Below are positions 1-7,900 of a stretch of DNA of 31,530 nucleotides, piece after piece. The stretch spans positions 1-31,530 of IMG/VR virus record IMGVR_UViG_3300023281_001028. One strand, written 5' to 3'. The stretch comes from a virus (taxonomy: Duplodnaviria; Caudoviricetes). The notes below the pieces were generated by a model that searched no databases, had not been told where the DNA came from, and was given only the letters and a program-made list of their open reading frames with translations. Position 1 is the first letter of the stretch; every line of letters begins with the position of its first letter. A program made the translations under genes and the position numbers.

Positions 1-99
1 GGAATCTTCAGGAACTACTACGAGGCCACCACGGCCATCCTCACCTGGCTCGTCATCCTCTCTGGACTGCTCCTCTGCGGGTGGGCGGTGGTGGCGTGA
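1..99 (+). CDS. 3' end of a small membrane protein (partial)
   Basis: Frame 1 reads GIFRNYYEATTAILTWLVILSGLLLCGWAVVA*; TGA at 97-99 overlaps the GTG at 96. Confidence 0.55.
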   Translation, partial: GIFRNYYEATTAILTWLVILSGLLLCGWAVVA

Positions 100-416
100 C
101 TTACAATATCCCTGGCGGAAGTGCCCAGTACGAGCGGCCCGAGACGCCCTCGGAACCCCGCGAGGTCGAGGTGATCTCGCACGGCATCACCTGGATATTC
201 ACCGCGGACGGTGAGGGCGTGACGCTCGAAGGTCGGCCCACCTACCACAGCCTGTCGGACTTCGCAGACCTGTTCGTCGGCGTGGACGACTACCACCCGC
301 CGTGGCCCGTGCTCCTCCCTGTGAAGGGGCGAGAGGTTCCCCGCGCCATCATCGAATGGTTTGTGGGCTCCGACCACTGGGGCGACCTGCTCTTCGACGC
401 TCGGAGGCCCCAGTGA
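96..416 (+). CDS. Hypothetical phage protein (106 aa)
   Basis: GTGA overlap with the upstream ORF and with the next ORF; GC3-rich codons. Confidence 0.7.
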   Translation: MTYNIPGGSAQYERPETPSEPREVEVISHGITWIFTADGEGVTLEGRPTYHSLSDFADLFVGVDDYHPPWPVLLPVKGREVPRAIIEWFVGSDHWGDLLFDARRPQ

Positions 417-802
417 GGTACAGAGCAAGCGACCTGGCCCTCAAGGCCCGCATCGAGGAGCTGGAGGCCGAGGTGAAGGATCTTGGCGAACACAACGACA
501 AGCTGGGGGAAGCTATCGTTGCCACCGAAGAATGCCTGACGGTGATGTATCACAAGGAGCGGTCGGCGCTGGACAGGATCGAGGCTCTGGAAGCCGAACT
601 CGACGAAGCCCTGCCACGCCGAGCCGAGGAGGTCGTCCGCATAGCCAAGCTGGAAGCCCGCCTCGCCGCCATCACAGCCCTGGTAGCCCGTCAGGCCGAA
701 GACGAGGCCCTGTGGTTCGCCGGGACAGCGCCCGAGGCGTACGTCCAGCAGGCGCTGCGGGAACTGCACATGCTGATAGAGGGGGGGAGCGATGGCCGGT
801 GA
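413..802 (+). CDS. Coiled-coil phage early protein (repeated RIxxLEA segments, Ead/Ea22-like style)
   Basis: GTG at 413 overlaps the previous stop; ARIEELEAE, DRIEALEAE, VRIAKLEAR. Confidence 0.7.
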   Translation: MRYRASDLALKARIEELEAEVKDLGEHNDKLGEAIVATEECLTVMYHKERSALDRIEALEAELDEALPRRAEEVVRIAKLEARLAAITALVARQAEDEALWFAGTAPEAYVQQALRELHMLIEGGSDGR

Positions 803-1124
803 GAGCCGCCGAACATCAGTCGCCAAGGCGCTTGCCGTGGCGTGCGCCGAGGCTCAGTGGTGGGACGACGAAACCGGGGAGTGTTCGACCTGGGAGCACT
901 TCCTTCCGGTCGTCGCCGCCCCGGTCCGCGAAGCGCAGCACTGGGCGCAAGCCCTTGAATCGGCACTCAAGGCCCTTGAGGCGTGGGCCCTTTGGTGGAA
1001 CGGCCTCCCACTCGACGAGCAGGTGCGCGACCACGACGCCGCACACCGCGCAATTTCGATTACCCGCGCCGCTCTCGCCAAGGCCAAGGCACGGCCCGCA
1101 CGGGGAGAGGAGGTGGCAAAGTGA
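792..1124 (+). CDS. Hypothetical phage protein (110 aa)
   Basis: ATG preceded by GGGAG; coupled to neighbours. Confidence 0.7.
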   Translation: MAGESRRTSVAKALAVACAEAQWWDDETGECSTWEHFLPVVAAPVREAQHWAQALESALKALEAWALWWNGLPLDEQVRDHDAAHRAISITRAALAKAKARPARGEEVAK

Positions 1125-1306
1125 CCGCCTTCACCATCCGATCTCTCGGCGGGAAAAAACTTTGGAGTGGCGGGGCTCGTTCCATCAGGGGGGCGCTGGA
1201 GAAAGCAGTCGAGGCTGGTGCCAACCTCAGGGGGCGTGAGGCCCTTTCCGTTCTGAGGGAAACCCACTGCCCGGGTTGCGCCTGTAATGAAGGTGCGCCC
1301 CGATGA
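1121..1306 (+). CDS. Small protein resembling the N-terminus of phage pentapeptide-repeat proteins (61 aa)
   Basis: GTG at 1121 after GGAGGTGG; ...SIRGALEKAVEAGANLRG then CPGCAC. Confidence 0.6.
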   Translation: MTAFTIRSLGGKKLWSGGARSIRGALEKAVEAGANLRGREALSVLRETHCPGCACNEGAPR

Positions 1307-1518
1307 TCTACAAGGCCACCGACGGGTCCCGCTGGACGATCACCTACGAGCCCATCCCTGTTCCCATCCGAGGGGCTGACTGGGCGTGGGTGAGCGACGA
1401 TTACGGGGGTCCGGGGGAACCCGGCTACCCGGGGGATGACAGGCACGGGACAGCAGCGAACGAAGAGAAGGCCCGAGAGGCGATCGAGCAGTGGATCGAG
1501 GAAAACCCTGATGAGTGA
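1303..1518 (+). CDS. Small phage hypothetical protein (71 aa)
   Basis: ATGA overlap; WTITYEPIPVPIRGADW...DDYGG...DDRHG pattern recalled from other phage small proteins. Confidence 0.75.
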   Translation: MIYKATDGSRWTITYEPIPVPIRGADWAWVSDDYGGPGEPGYPGDDRHGTAANEEKAREAIEQWIEENPDE

Positions 1519-1606
1519 GTGCCCCACCTGCGGTCGGCGTCCCTCGCAACGGTCGGTCAATGAGACCTCAAGCCCCACGCCCCCGCCCGCCGATACAGGG
1601 GTATGA
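1511..1606 (+). CDS. 31-aa CxxC micro-protein (MSECPTCGRRP...), absent from the ORF track
   Basis: ATG at 1511 after GAGG; TGA at 1604-1606 overlaps the ATG at 1603 and fills the gap exactly. Confidence 0.5.
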   Translation: MSECPTCGRRPSQRSVNETSSPTPPPADTGV

Positions 1607-1827
1607 AGAAGATCCAACCGCCCCCGCCCGATTCTGGCACCCCGATCGCCATCATCATCCTGGCCGCGTTCGCTTGGGTCACCGCGCCCATGTGGGACGT
1701 GCCCATCACCGTGCAGCCTTCGCCGCCTGAGGTGAAGGAACCCAAACCCTCGCTGGTCGTCAAGCTTCTGCGCGTGGGCGCTGAGATGGCCGTGCCAGCC
1801 ACAACTATATTGCGAGCATTTGACTGA
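1603..1827 (+). CDS. Small membrane protein (74 aa)
   Basis: Hydrophobic IAIIILAAFAWVTAPMW; TGATG overlap with erf. Confidence 0.6.
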   Translation: MKKIQPPPPDSGTPIAIIILAAFAWVTAPMWDVPITVQPSPPEVKEPKPSLVVKLLRVGAEMAVPATTILRAFD

Positions 1828-2657
1828 TGGAACCGACACCCGAATACCCCGACGACCAGATACAAGCTGCTGCTGACTACGAGCAGACCATAGACGTCAG
1901 CGAACTCGCTGCCGCTCTCTGCAAAGCACAAGGCCAGCTACACGCGGCCAGCAAGGACGCCAAGAACTCACACTTCGGCAGCACATACACGACCCTGAGC
2001 AGCGTCATCGACGCATACCGCCAGCCGCTCGCCGACAACGGGCTCTCGGTCCTGCAAGCGCCAACCTCAGAGGGGACAACCCACGTTGCCCTCACGACCA
2101 CCCTGTTCCACGAAAGCGGTCAATGGGTGCGGTGCGTGTCTCGCATTCCGATGAAGCCCACCCTTCTCGCAAAATGGAAGCAACCCAAAGAAGGGGACGA
2201 GAACTACGGCACCCTTCTATATGAACCCATCGGGCCCCACGAAATGGGGAGCGCCATCACCTACCTTCGCCGCTACTCGCTCTCATCCCTTCTCGGCATC
2301 GCGCAGACCGACGATGACGGAGACGCCGCCCAGAAGGCCGACCGGGTAGAGGAACCTGAGCCCGAACCTCGGAAAAAGCGCGCCCCCCGAAAGGTGAAGG
2401 TCAAGGACCCCGCCGAGGAAGGGGAGAAGCTGCTCGCCAAAAGGCGCGTGGCCCTCAAGGAAGCGTTCACCAAGCTGAACGTGGACCTCGAAGAACTCAC
2501 CGTCATCCTCGACTGCCCGGACCTGAACAAGGCCACCTTCGATCACATCGAAGTAGCCCAGGGCTGGCACCGCAGGCTGCGCTCCCTGGAGAGCGGCGTG
2601 AGCGACGAAGCAAAATCTGAATGGCGCGACAAAATCTCAGCAGCAGAGGCACTGTAG
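1827..2657 (+). CDS. erf: ERF-family single-strand annealing protein
   Basis: ELAAALCKAQ...KDAKNSHFGSTYTTL...LFHESGQW...MGSAITYLRRYSL...DDDG motifs. Confidence 0.92.
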   Translation: MEPTPEYPDDQIQAAADYEQTIDVSELAAALCKAQGQLHAASKDAKNSHFGSTYTTLSSVIDAYRQPLADNGLSVLQAPTSEGTTHVALTTTLFHESGQWVRCVSRIPMKPTLLAKWKQPKEGDENYGTLLYEPIGPHEMGSAITYLRRYSLSSLLGIAQTDDDGDAAQKADRVEEPEPEPRKKRAPRKVKVKDPAEEGEKLLAKRRVALKEAFTKLNVDLEELTVILDCPDLNKATFDHIEVAQGWHRRLRSLESGVSDEAKSEWRDKISAAEAL

Positions 2658-3004
2658 TGAACTACGCAAGAATCATCATCGCCGGGCACCTGACCCGGGA
2701 CGTGGAACTGAAGTACACCGCCAGCGAAATGGCCATCGCCTCCTGCGGGGTGGCCGTCAACAAGAAGCACAAGGACCGTGACGACACCGTCATGTACTTG
2801 GACGTGACCCTGTTCGGGAAACGCGCCGAGGCCTTTGAGAGGTTCCACTCCAAGGGCTCCGCCGTGTTCCTCGAAGGGGACCTGACCCAGGACCACTGGG
2901 AGGACAGAGAGACAGGACAGAAGCGCAGCAAGATCAAGATGAACGCCAACAATTGGGAGTTCATGGACCAACCCCAGAAAGAGAAGAACCCGTTCGATGA
3001 GTGA
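2657..3004 (+). CDS. ssb: Single-stranded DNA-binding protein
   Basis: GTG at 2657 overlaps the erf TAG; IIAGHLTRDVELKYT, KGSAVFLEGDL, WEDRETGQKRS; acidic PF-containing tail. Confidence 0.95.
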   Translation: MNYARIIIAGHLTRDVELKYTASEMAIASCGVAVNKKHKDRDDTVMYLDVTLFGKRAEAFERFHSKGSAVFLEGDLTQDHWEDRETGQKRSKIKMNANNWEFMDQPQKEKNPFDE

Positions 3005-3209
3005 ACAATCCGAAACCCTGGACCGGCTCCTGGAAGAGACCGGCCTGACCGCCCTACCCTCCCGAGGTGGAGGCTACGGAATTTATAGAGAGGAGGAGGG
3101 GTGCGCCCTGACACGCCTCGCTGACTCCCGCACCCGCAAGGAGGCGATCTCCTGGCTGGAGGGCTACTGCGCCCGCGGGATGGAGTACAAGGAGGAGGGA
3201 GACCTGTAA
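2997..3209 (+). CDS. Hypothetical phage protein (70 aa)
   Basis: Overlaps the ssb stop; plausible coding composition. Confidence 0.7.
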   Translation: MSEQSETLDRLLEETGLTALPSRGGGYGIYREEEGCALTRLADSRTRKEAISWLEGYCARGMEYKEEGDL

Positions 3210-3215
3210 CCGCAC

Positions 3216-3356
3216 GGCGGCTGGGCATGGTGCGCGGGGAGATCCCGCGACGGGTCTGTCATGCCCCATTGAAACACCCAGTCGCCACCCACACGGGGGC
3301 AGCGGGCCCATCATGACCTCACGGTCCTGGAAAGGGGTGCCAACCCGCTGTCCCCA
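3216..3356 (+). ncRNA. Candidate tandem structured RNA (two stem-closed domains)
   Basis: Stems 3216-3225/3277-3286, 3223-3229/3260-3266, 3233-3238/3244-3249 and 3295-3306/3344-3355 in the only sizeable intergenic gap of the early cluster. Confidence 0.4.
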
Positions 3357-3366
3357 CCTGCCTTCA

Positions 3367-3924
3367 ATGAAGACCATCGCCGCACTGTTCGTCCAAGCCA
3401 ACGGGTGCTACGCGGACCTCGAGGGGGTTGAAGCGTGGGGCTTACCTATGGACGCTCGGGAGTACCCGGGACCGCACCCTGTGGTGGCTCATCCGCCCTG
3501 CGCGAGGTGGTCAAACTTCTGGTACGGGTCCCCGTCTCCGCACGCCCCTCAACGCTTCGAGCGCGGGGATGACGACGGGTGCTTCTCTTCCGCCATTGCC
3601 TCTGTGCAGAAGTGGGGAGGGGTCCTTGAGCACCCCCGGGGTAGCTCCGCGTGGGGCTTCCATAACATCGCCTGCCCCCCTCGTGCGGGTGGGTGGGTCT
3701 CAGCGGGCATGTACGCCCCTGGGTGGACTTGCTGTGTGGAGCAGGGGCACTACGGCCATCGAGCCCGCAAAGCCACTTGGCTCTACTGTGTGGGCCCTGA
3801 GCCCCCGCCCCTTATCTGGGGGGCGAGCGAGTCCACCTGCGTAGTAGAGTTGCACTCTCACAAGGAACGGGCAGCCACCCCTCCCGAGTTCCGGGACCTC
3901 CTGCTTGCGCTTGCAAGGCCATGA
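3367..3924 (+). CDS. Minimal/divergent C5 cytosine DNA methyltransferase-like protein (185 aa)
   Basis: IAALFV (motif I-like), VVAHPPC (motif IV, catalytic PC), VLEHP (motif VI-like), RKATWL, RAATPPEF (motif X-like); start at 3313 also possible. Confidence 0.7.
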   Translation: MKTIAALFVQANGCYADLEGVEAWGLPMDAREYPGPHPVVAHPPCARWSNFWYGSPSPHAPQRFERGDDDGCFSSAIASVQKWGGVLEHPRGSSAWGFHNIACPPRAGGWVSAGMYAPGWTCCVEQGHYGHRARKATWLYCVGPEPPPLIWGASESTCVVELHSHKERAATPPEFRDLLLALARP

Positions 3925-4106
3925 AAGTCGATTCACTCTCCACCCTCCGCATGTGGATCAAGGGCCGCAAGAGCGTGCGCGCCTCCGACGTGCCCTGCGA
4001 GGACACCCGCCTACCCAGCTGGCTTCACAAACTCTGGCTTGCCCGGACCCTGACTACTCGCTGGTGGGATCGGGAGGCTGGGGAGTATGTGTATCGCCTA
4101 GAGTAG
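3921..4106 (+). CDS. Hypothetical protein (61 aa), last gene of the plus-strand cluster
   Basis: ATGA overlap with the MTase; convergent overlap with the spanin-like gene. Confidence 0.55.
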   Translation: MKVDSLSTLRMWIKGRKSVRASDVPCEDTRLPSWLHKLWLARTLTTRWWDREAGEYVYRLE

Positions 4107-4521
4107 GCTTCCCGTTCTTCTTCCACAGGCTGCTCCCGTACCTGAGCACCGCAGCGCACAGGATGATGAGCCCCACGCCCAAGGCCCAGAGAAGATAGGC
4201 CAGGCCGGCCAACGGGTCGTCGGGCGGCTCTTGGCCAGCCAGGCGTTTAAGCACCGACTCTTCCTCGCTGGCGCGATCCTCGGTGGTCATCAGGGACAGA
4301 GGCATGCGCCCCGTCCCCCGCGCTGTCTCAAGCAACTGCTCGCGGTGATGCCGCTCGGCCTGGGGGTTCCACCCCACCGTGAACATGAGCGCGTCCTCCT
4401 CCGTGTCCAGGCTCGCGCTCCCCCTCGGGGCCAACGTGCCCACCGACCGGCCCACCCCCGCCTCGTAGTAGTTGGGGGCGCAGCCGACCAGGAGCATCAG
4501 CAGGCTACTGCCCCGGCACAT
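4054..4521 (-). CDS. Putative unimolecular spanin (N-terminal lipobox plus C-terminal TM helix), 155 aa
   Basis: ATG at 4521 after GGAG; MCRGSSLLMLLVG-C lipobox; C-terminal LAGLAYLLWALGVGLIILCAAVL; follows the holin candidate. Confidence 0.6.
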   Translation of the reverse strand: MCRGSSLLMLLVGCAPNYYEAGVGRSVGTLAPRGSASLDTEEDALMFTVGWNPQAERHHREQLLETARGTGRMPLSLMTTEDRASEEESVLKRLAGQEPPDDPLAGLAYLLWALGVGLIILCAAVLRYGSSLWKKNGKPTLGDTHTPQPPDPTSE

Positions 4522-4840
4522 TGATCTTCTCCACAAGGCGCTCGAGCACCCGCGTCTGTTCGCCAATGTTCTCAGCGAGCTTCCGCATGGCGTGGGACTG
4601 CTCCCTCAGGGCCGTCTCCAGGCTCTTCCGCACGTACCACACTGGGACCCCCTCCTCGTCCCGGCGGTCGTGCCAGTCGTAGAGTTGCTGGGTCTGGTCC
4701 ATCACGCTCTTGAGCATCACAAGAATCCTTTCGTGGTCAGGCGGGTCCTCCTGCCGAGCCTTCAGGAAGGCCAGCACCTCACGGATGATCAGAATGGCAA
4801 GGATGCCACCCGCGGAAAGTTCGAGGAATCCGTCAGGCAT
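4505..4840 (-). CDS. Holin-like single-TM protein
   Basis: N-terminal LSAGGILAILIIREVLAFL then coiled-coil tail; position at the end of the late operon. Confidence 0.55.
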   Translation of the reverse strand: MPDGFLELSAGGILAILIIREVLAFLKARQEDPPDHERILVMLKSVMDQTQQLYDWHDRRDEEGVPVWYVRKSLETALREQSHAMRKLAENIGEQTRVLERLVEKINVPGQ

Positions 4841-4952
4841 GGGGTGTATCGTCCGGGTCGTGTTATCGCGTCAAGAACGCTGGGATGTGGTGCTACTGGT
4901 CCTGATCGGGCTGATCCTGGTCGGAGGATGCCACTACCTGGCCTACCGCTGA
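4839..4952 (+). CDS. Antisense small membrane peptide (37 aa from ATG 4839, or 30 aa from GTG 4860)
   Basis: RQERWDVVLLVLIGLILVGGCHYLAYR*; GC3 codons CTG GTC CTG ATC GGG CTG ATC CTG GTC; no clear RBS. Confidence 0.4.
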   Translation: MGCIVRVVLSRQERWDVVLLVLIGLILVGGCHYLAYR

Positions 4953-7900
4953 AGAGTCCGGTCCAAGTACTTCTTATTGAAACGGCTCATCAGAAGCCGC
5001 AGGCGCTCCTCCAGTGAACGTCGGCGCTCCGGGTCCTCCTCGGCCCTAGCTGCCTTGCGAAGCTTCGTGGCCTGCTTACGCGCAGCCTTGCCGGCATCCA
5101 TGAGGCTCAGGGCCCCACGACCGTCCTTGCGGATCTCCATGGCCTTCCTCGAGGCCCCCAGTTCCCGGTGGAGCTTGACCCGGGCGTCGATCCGCTGGAT
5201 CTCCTCGAGGTTGTCGTAGAAGTCCCCGGTAATCGCCCCATCCCAGGGCTCACCGTAGAACCGGCGCACGAACGGCACGTCCCTCCAGGGGAGATCCTCC
5301 GAGGGCTTCGAGACCACCTGAGTGATCCGCTTGCCGAGGCGCGCCAGGCCACCCAGGTACGCCATGTAGAGGTGGTCGAGGGTCTCCGGGCTGACCGAGA
5401 CCTTGCCCTCTTTCACCGCGTCCCCGCCCGTGAACTCGTTGACCCACTTGGCCGCACCCTTCGAGATGTTCGTGACCGAGTGGAAGTACTTCTCCGAGTC
5501 AGGCCGGGCCAGCCCGAAGGGGTTCTCGCTCGGGTAGATCGGCCCGCCGAAGAAGGTCTTGTTCTCCCCGATCTGCACCGCAGGGTCGATCAGCGTGGGC
5601 GACAGCGCCTGCAGGAACGTGTTCTCCGTGACCGGGCTGAAGCTGTTCCAGATGGCCGACGTGACCGAGCCCACCGCCTCCGACTTGGGCTTCCCACCCC
5701 ACATCGCCGCACCCAGCATCGTGCCCAGGGCGTGGAACACGTTGAACCCGTAAGGCAGGGGGAGTTTGAAGTACTCCCCGCTCCCGTCCGACCGCATCAC
5801 GATCAGGTTCCGCTCCTTCTCCCAGTCGTCGATCTTGTCCCAGTGGTTCTTCCCGTCGTCGTCATCCCCCGCGATCAAGCGATTGATCGAGTCCAGGATC
5901 ATCGACATGGCAGCAATGCTGACCGCCACCTTCTGCACGCGCTTCGATGTCTGCAACGCAGTGATCGTGCGCCACGTCCCCTGCACACCCGCAGAGAAGA
6001 ACATATAAAACGAGTTCAGCACCGTTCCCCACTCGCCCTTGCGGTTGAAGTTGACGGTGAGTTCCTTGGCCTTGCGGGCTGCTTCCTTCTCGCTGACGCC
6101 GGCCTTCAGCAGCTGCCCGAAGTAGGCGATACGCACGCCGTTCTCCACGGCGCTGTTGGCGTCCTCGATGAACTCCATGAAGTGCCTGCCCGCAGCTCGA
6201 GCACGGCCCTCCTTCAGGGCCTTCGTGAACTTCTCCTGCACCTCGCCGGCATCCACAAGGTGAGCCCACCCGACCTTCCCGCCAGCGGCCACGAACCTGC
6301 GCGCCAGCTTCCCGAAGGTGGTGTTCACGTCATCGTTCCGCACATGCTCCCACATCCCCCGGATGGCAGAGGGCACGTCCTTCACCACCCGCCGGGCGAT
6401 CCCCGAGATCTCGTCCCCCTGCATGGTGATGGACGCTGTCTGCAGGTCACGCACCAGGTTAGAGACGATGAACTCCGGGTCCCAGGAGGTGTTCATGGCA
6501 GCTATGATCCTGGTCACCCGCTGCAGGATCTTCACCGCACCGCTGGGGTGGACCAGCCCGACGCGGTTCAGGCTGTTCGCCAGCAGCGGATTGCGGAACC
6601 GGACGATGTGCTCTTCGCCACCGACCTTGTACCGGAAGGTGGGGCCCTTCTTCTGGTCAGGGGTCCAGCCCTCTGCACCCTCGGGACGCTCGACCTCCTC
6701 CATCGGGAGCAGGTCGGGGTTGTCAGCCTGGAGCTGGTGCAGCGCGACCCCCACGAGGTTGTACTCCGACCGCACGATCCCATGGGCGTCCTGGGCGAAC
6801 GCCTGCATGATAACGTTGTCGGCCTTGGTCGTGCGACCCTTGGCCCGCATCAGCTCCGTCCCGCCAGTGGAGAAGCCCTTCCCCCGAGGCCGGGGCGGCC
6901 CCTCTTCCACGTCCAGGGTCCGCAGGGGGACGTAGTTCGGGTAGATGGCCCGGAGGTGGTCGCGCTCCTCCGCGGAGATCAGGCCCGACACCACCCTCCG
7001 GTCCATGCCCTCGTCCAGCATCGTGCGGATCAGGCTCGAGATCTTCGACAGGCGCTTGTCCTTGCCCAGCCGGGCGATGATCTCATTGGCCTCGCTGGTC
7101 TTCATCCCCGCGGCGGGGTTGTTCTCGTGGTCGAAGGGGGACTGCTTCGCGGAGAGGCGGGTGGCCGCCTTCTGCAGGGCTTTGACCTTGGCCCGCAGGC
7201 CCTCGATGTCCGTGCCCGTGGTCCCAGGCCGGTTGCTCAGGAGAGTGATCTCCTTCTTGGCAGCCGACACCGCAGCCCGGATCTCCTCCGCACGGTAGCT
7301 GCGCTTGGCGAACTCCTCGTTCCGCTCCTCCACGTGCAGGGCCATGGACAGGTCGGAGGCGTCCTGGACAGCCTGGTCGTGGGTCCGGTCCCCGGTGGCC
7401 CCGTACCGCTCGAGGAGCTTCTTGATGGGCTCGAAGAACCGGCGCTCGCTCTCTTCCTGCAGGTTCTCGACCTTGCCGGCCAGGCGCACGATGACGGCCT
7501 CGATGTCCGAGTCGTCGGTGACCTTGGCCCCCTTCTCCCGCAGCCGACGCATGGTCAGGCGGACAGGCAGGAACTCGTTCTGAATCTTCCGCAGGAAGGT
7601 CTCGTAGAGGCTCTCGGGCGGCTCGTCCAGGGCCTCGAACAGGGGGACGGCCTCGCCCTCTTCCCGCTTGCGCGGGTGCTTGCCTGCGTTCCTGCGGTGA
7701 GGGTGAATGTCCTCGCCAGCGAACTTCGGCGCGAACGTGGAGAACCCCTCACCCACTACAGAGGCTCGCATCTCGGGGGTCAGGGGAAGCGTGGGGACCG
7801 TAGCAGCGGGCTTGGCCGCGATGGCAGCCTCAGCCTCAGCTCTTGAGGGGTAGTCAAGGATGGAACCGTCATCAACCCGATAGTCGATGCCCATCATTAC

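Noticed and set aside
1515-1730. 71-aa ORF in the track
   Set aside because: Overlaps 1603-1827 extensively; the 1511-1606 plus 1603-1827 pair gives cleaner coupling
3216-3290. Canonical tRNA gene
   Set aside because: Acceptor-like stem present, but no TTCRA T-loop, no U33-type anticodon loop and no encoded CCA after the discriminator; kept only as a structured-RNA candidate
5168-7846. 892-aa plus-strand ORF, and similar long antisense ORFs (10355-12298, 12329-13540, 15004-16353, 19389-20765, 25709-26995, 26815-28443)
   Set aside because: Shadow ORFs from GC3-biased minus-strand genes; L/H/R/V-rich with no recognisable motifs or RBS
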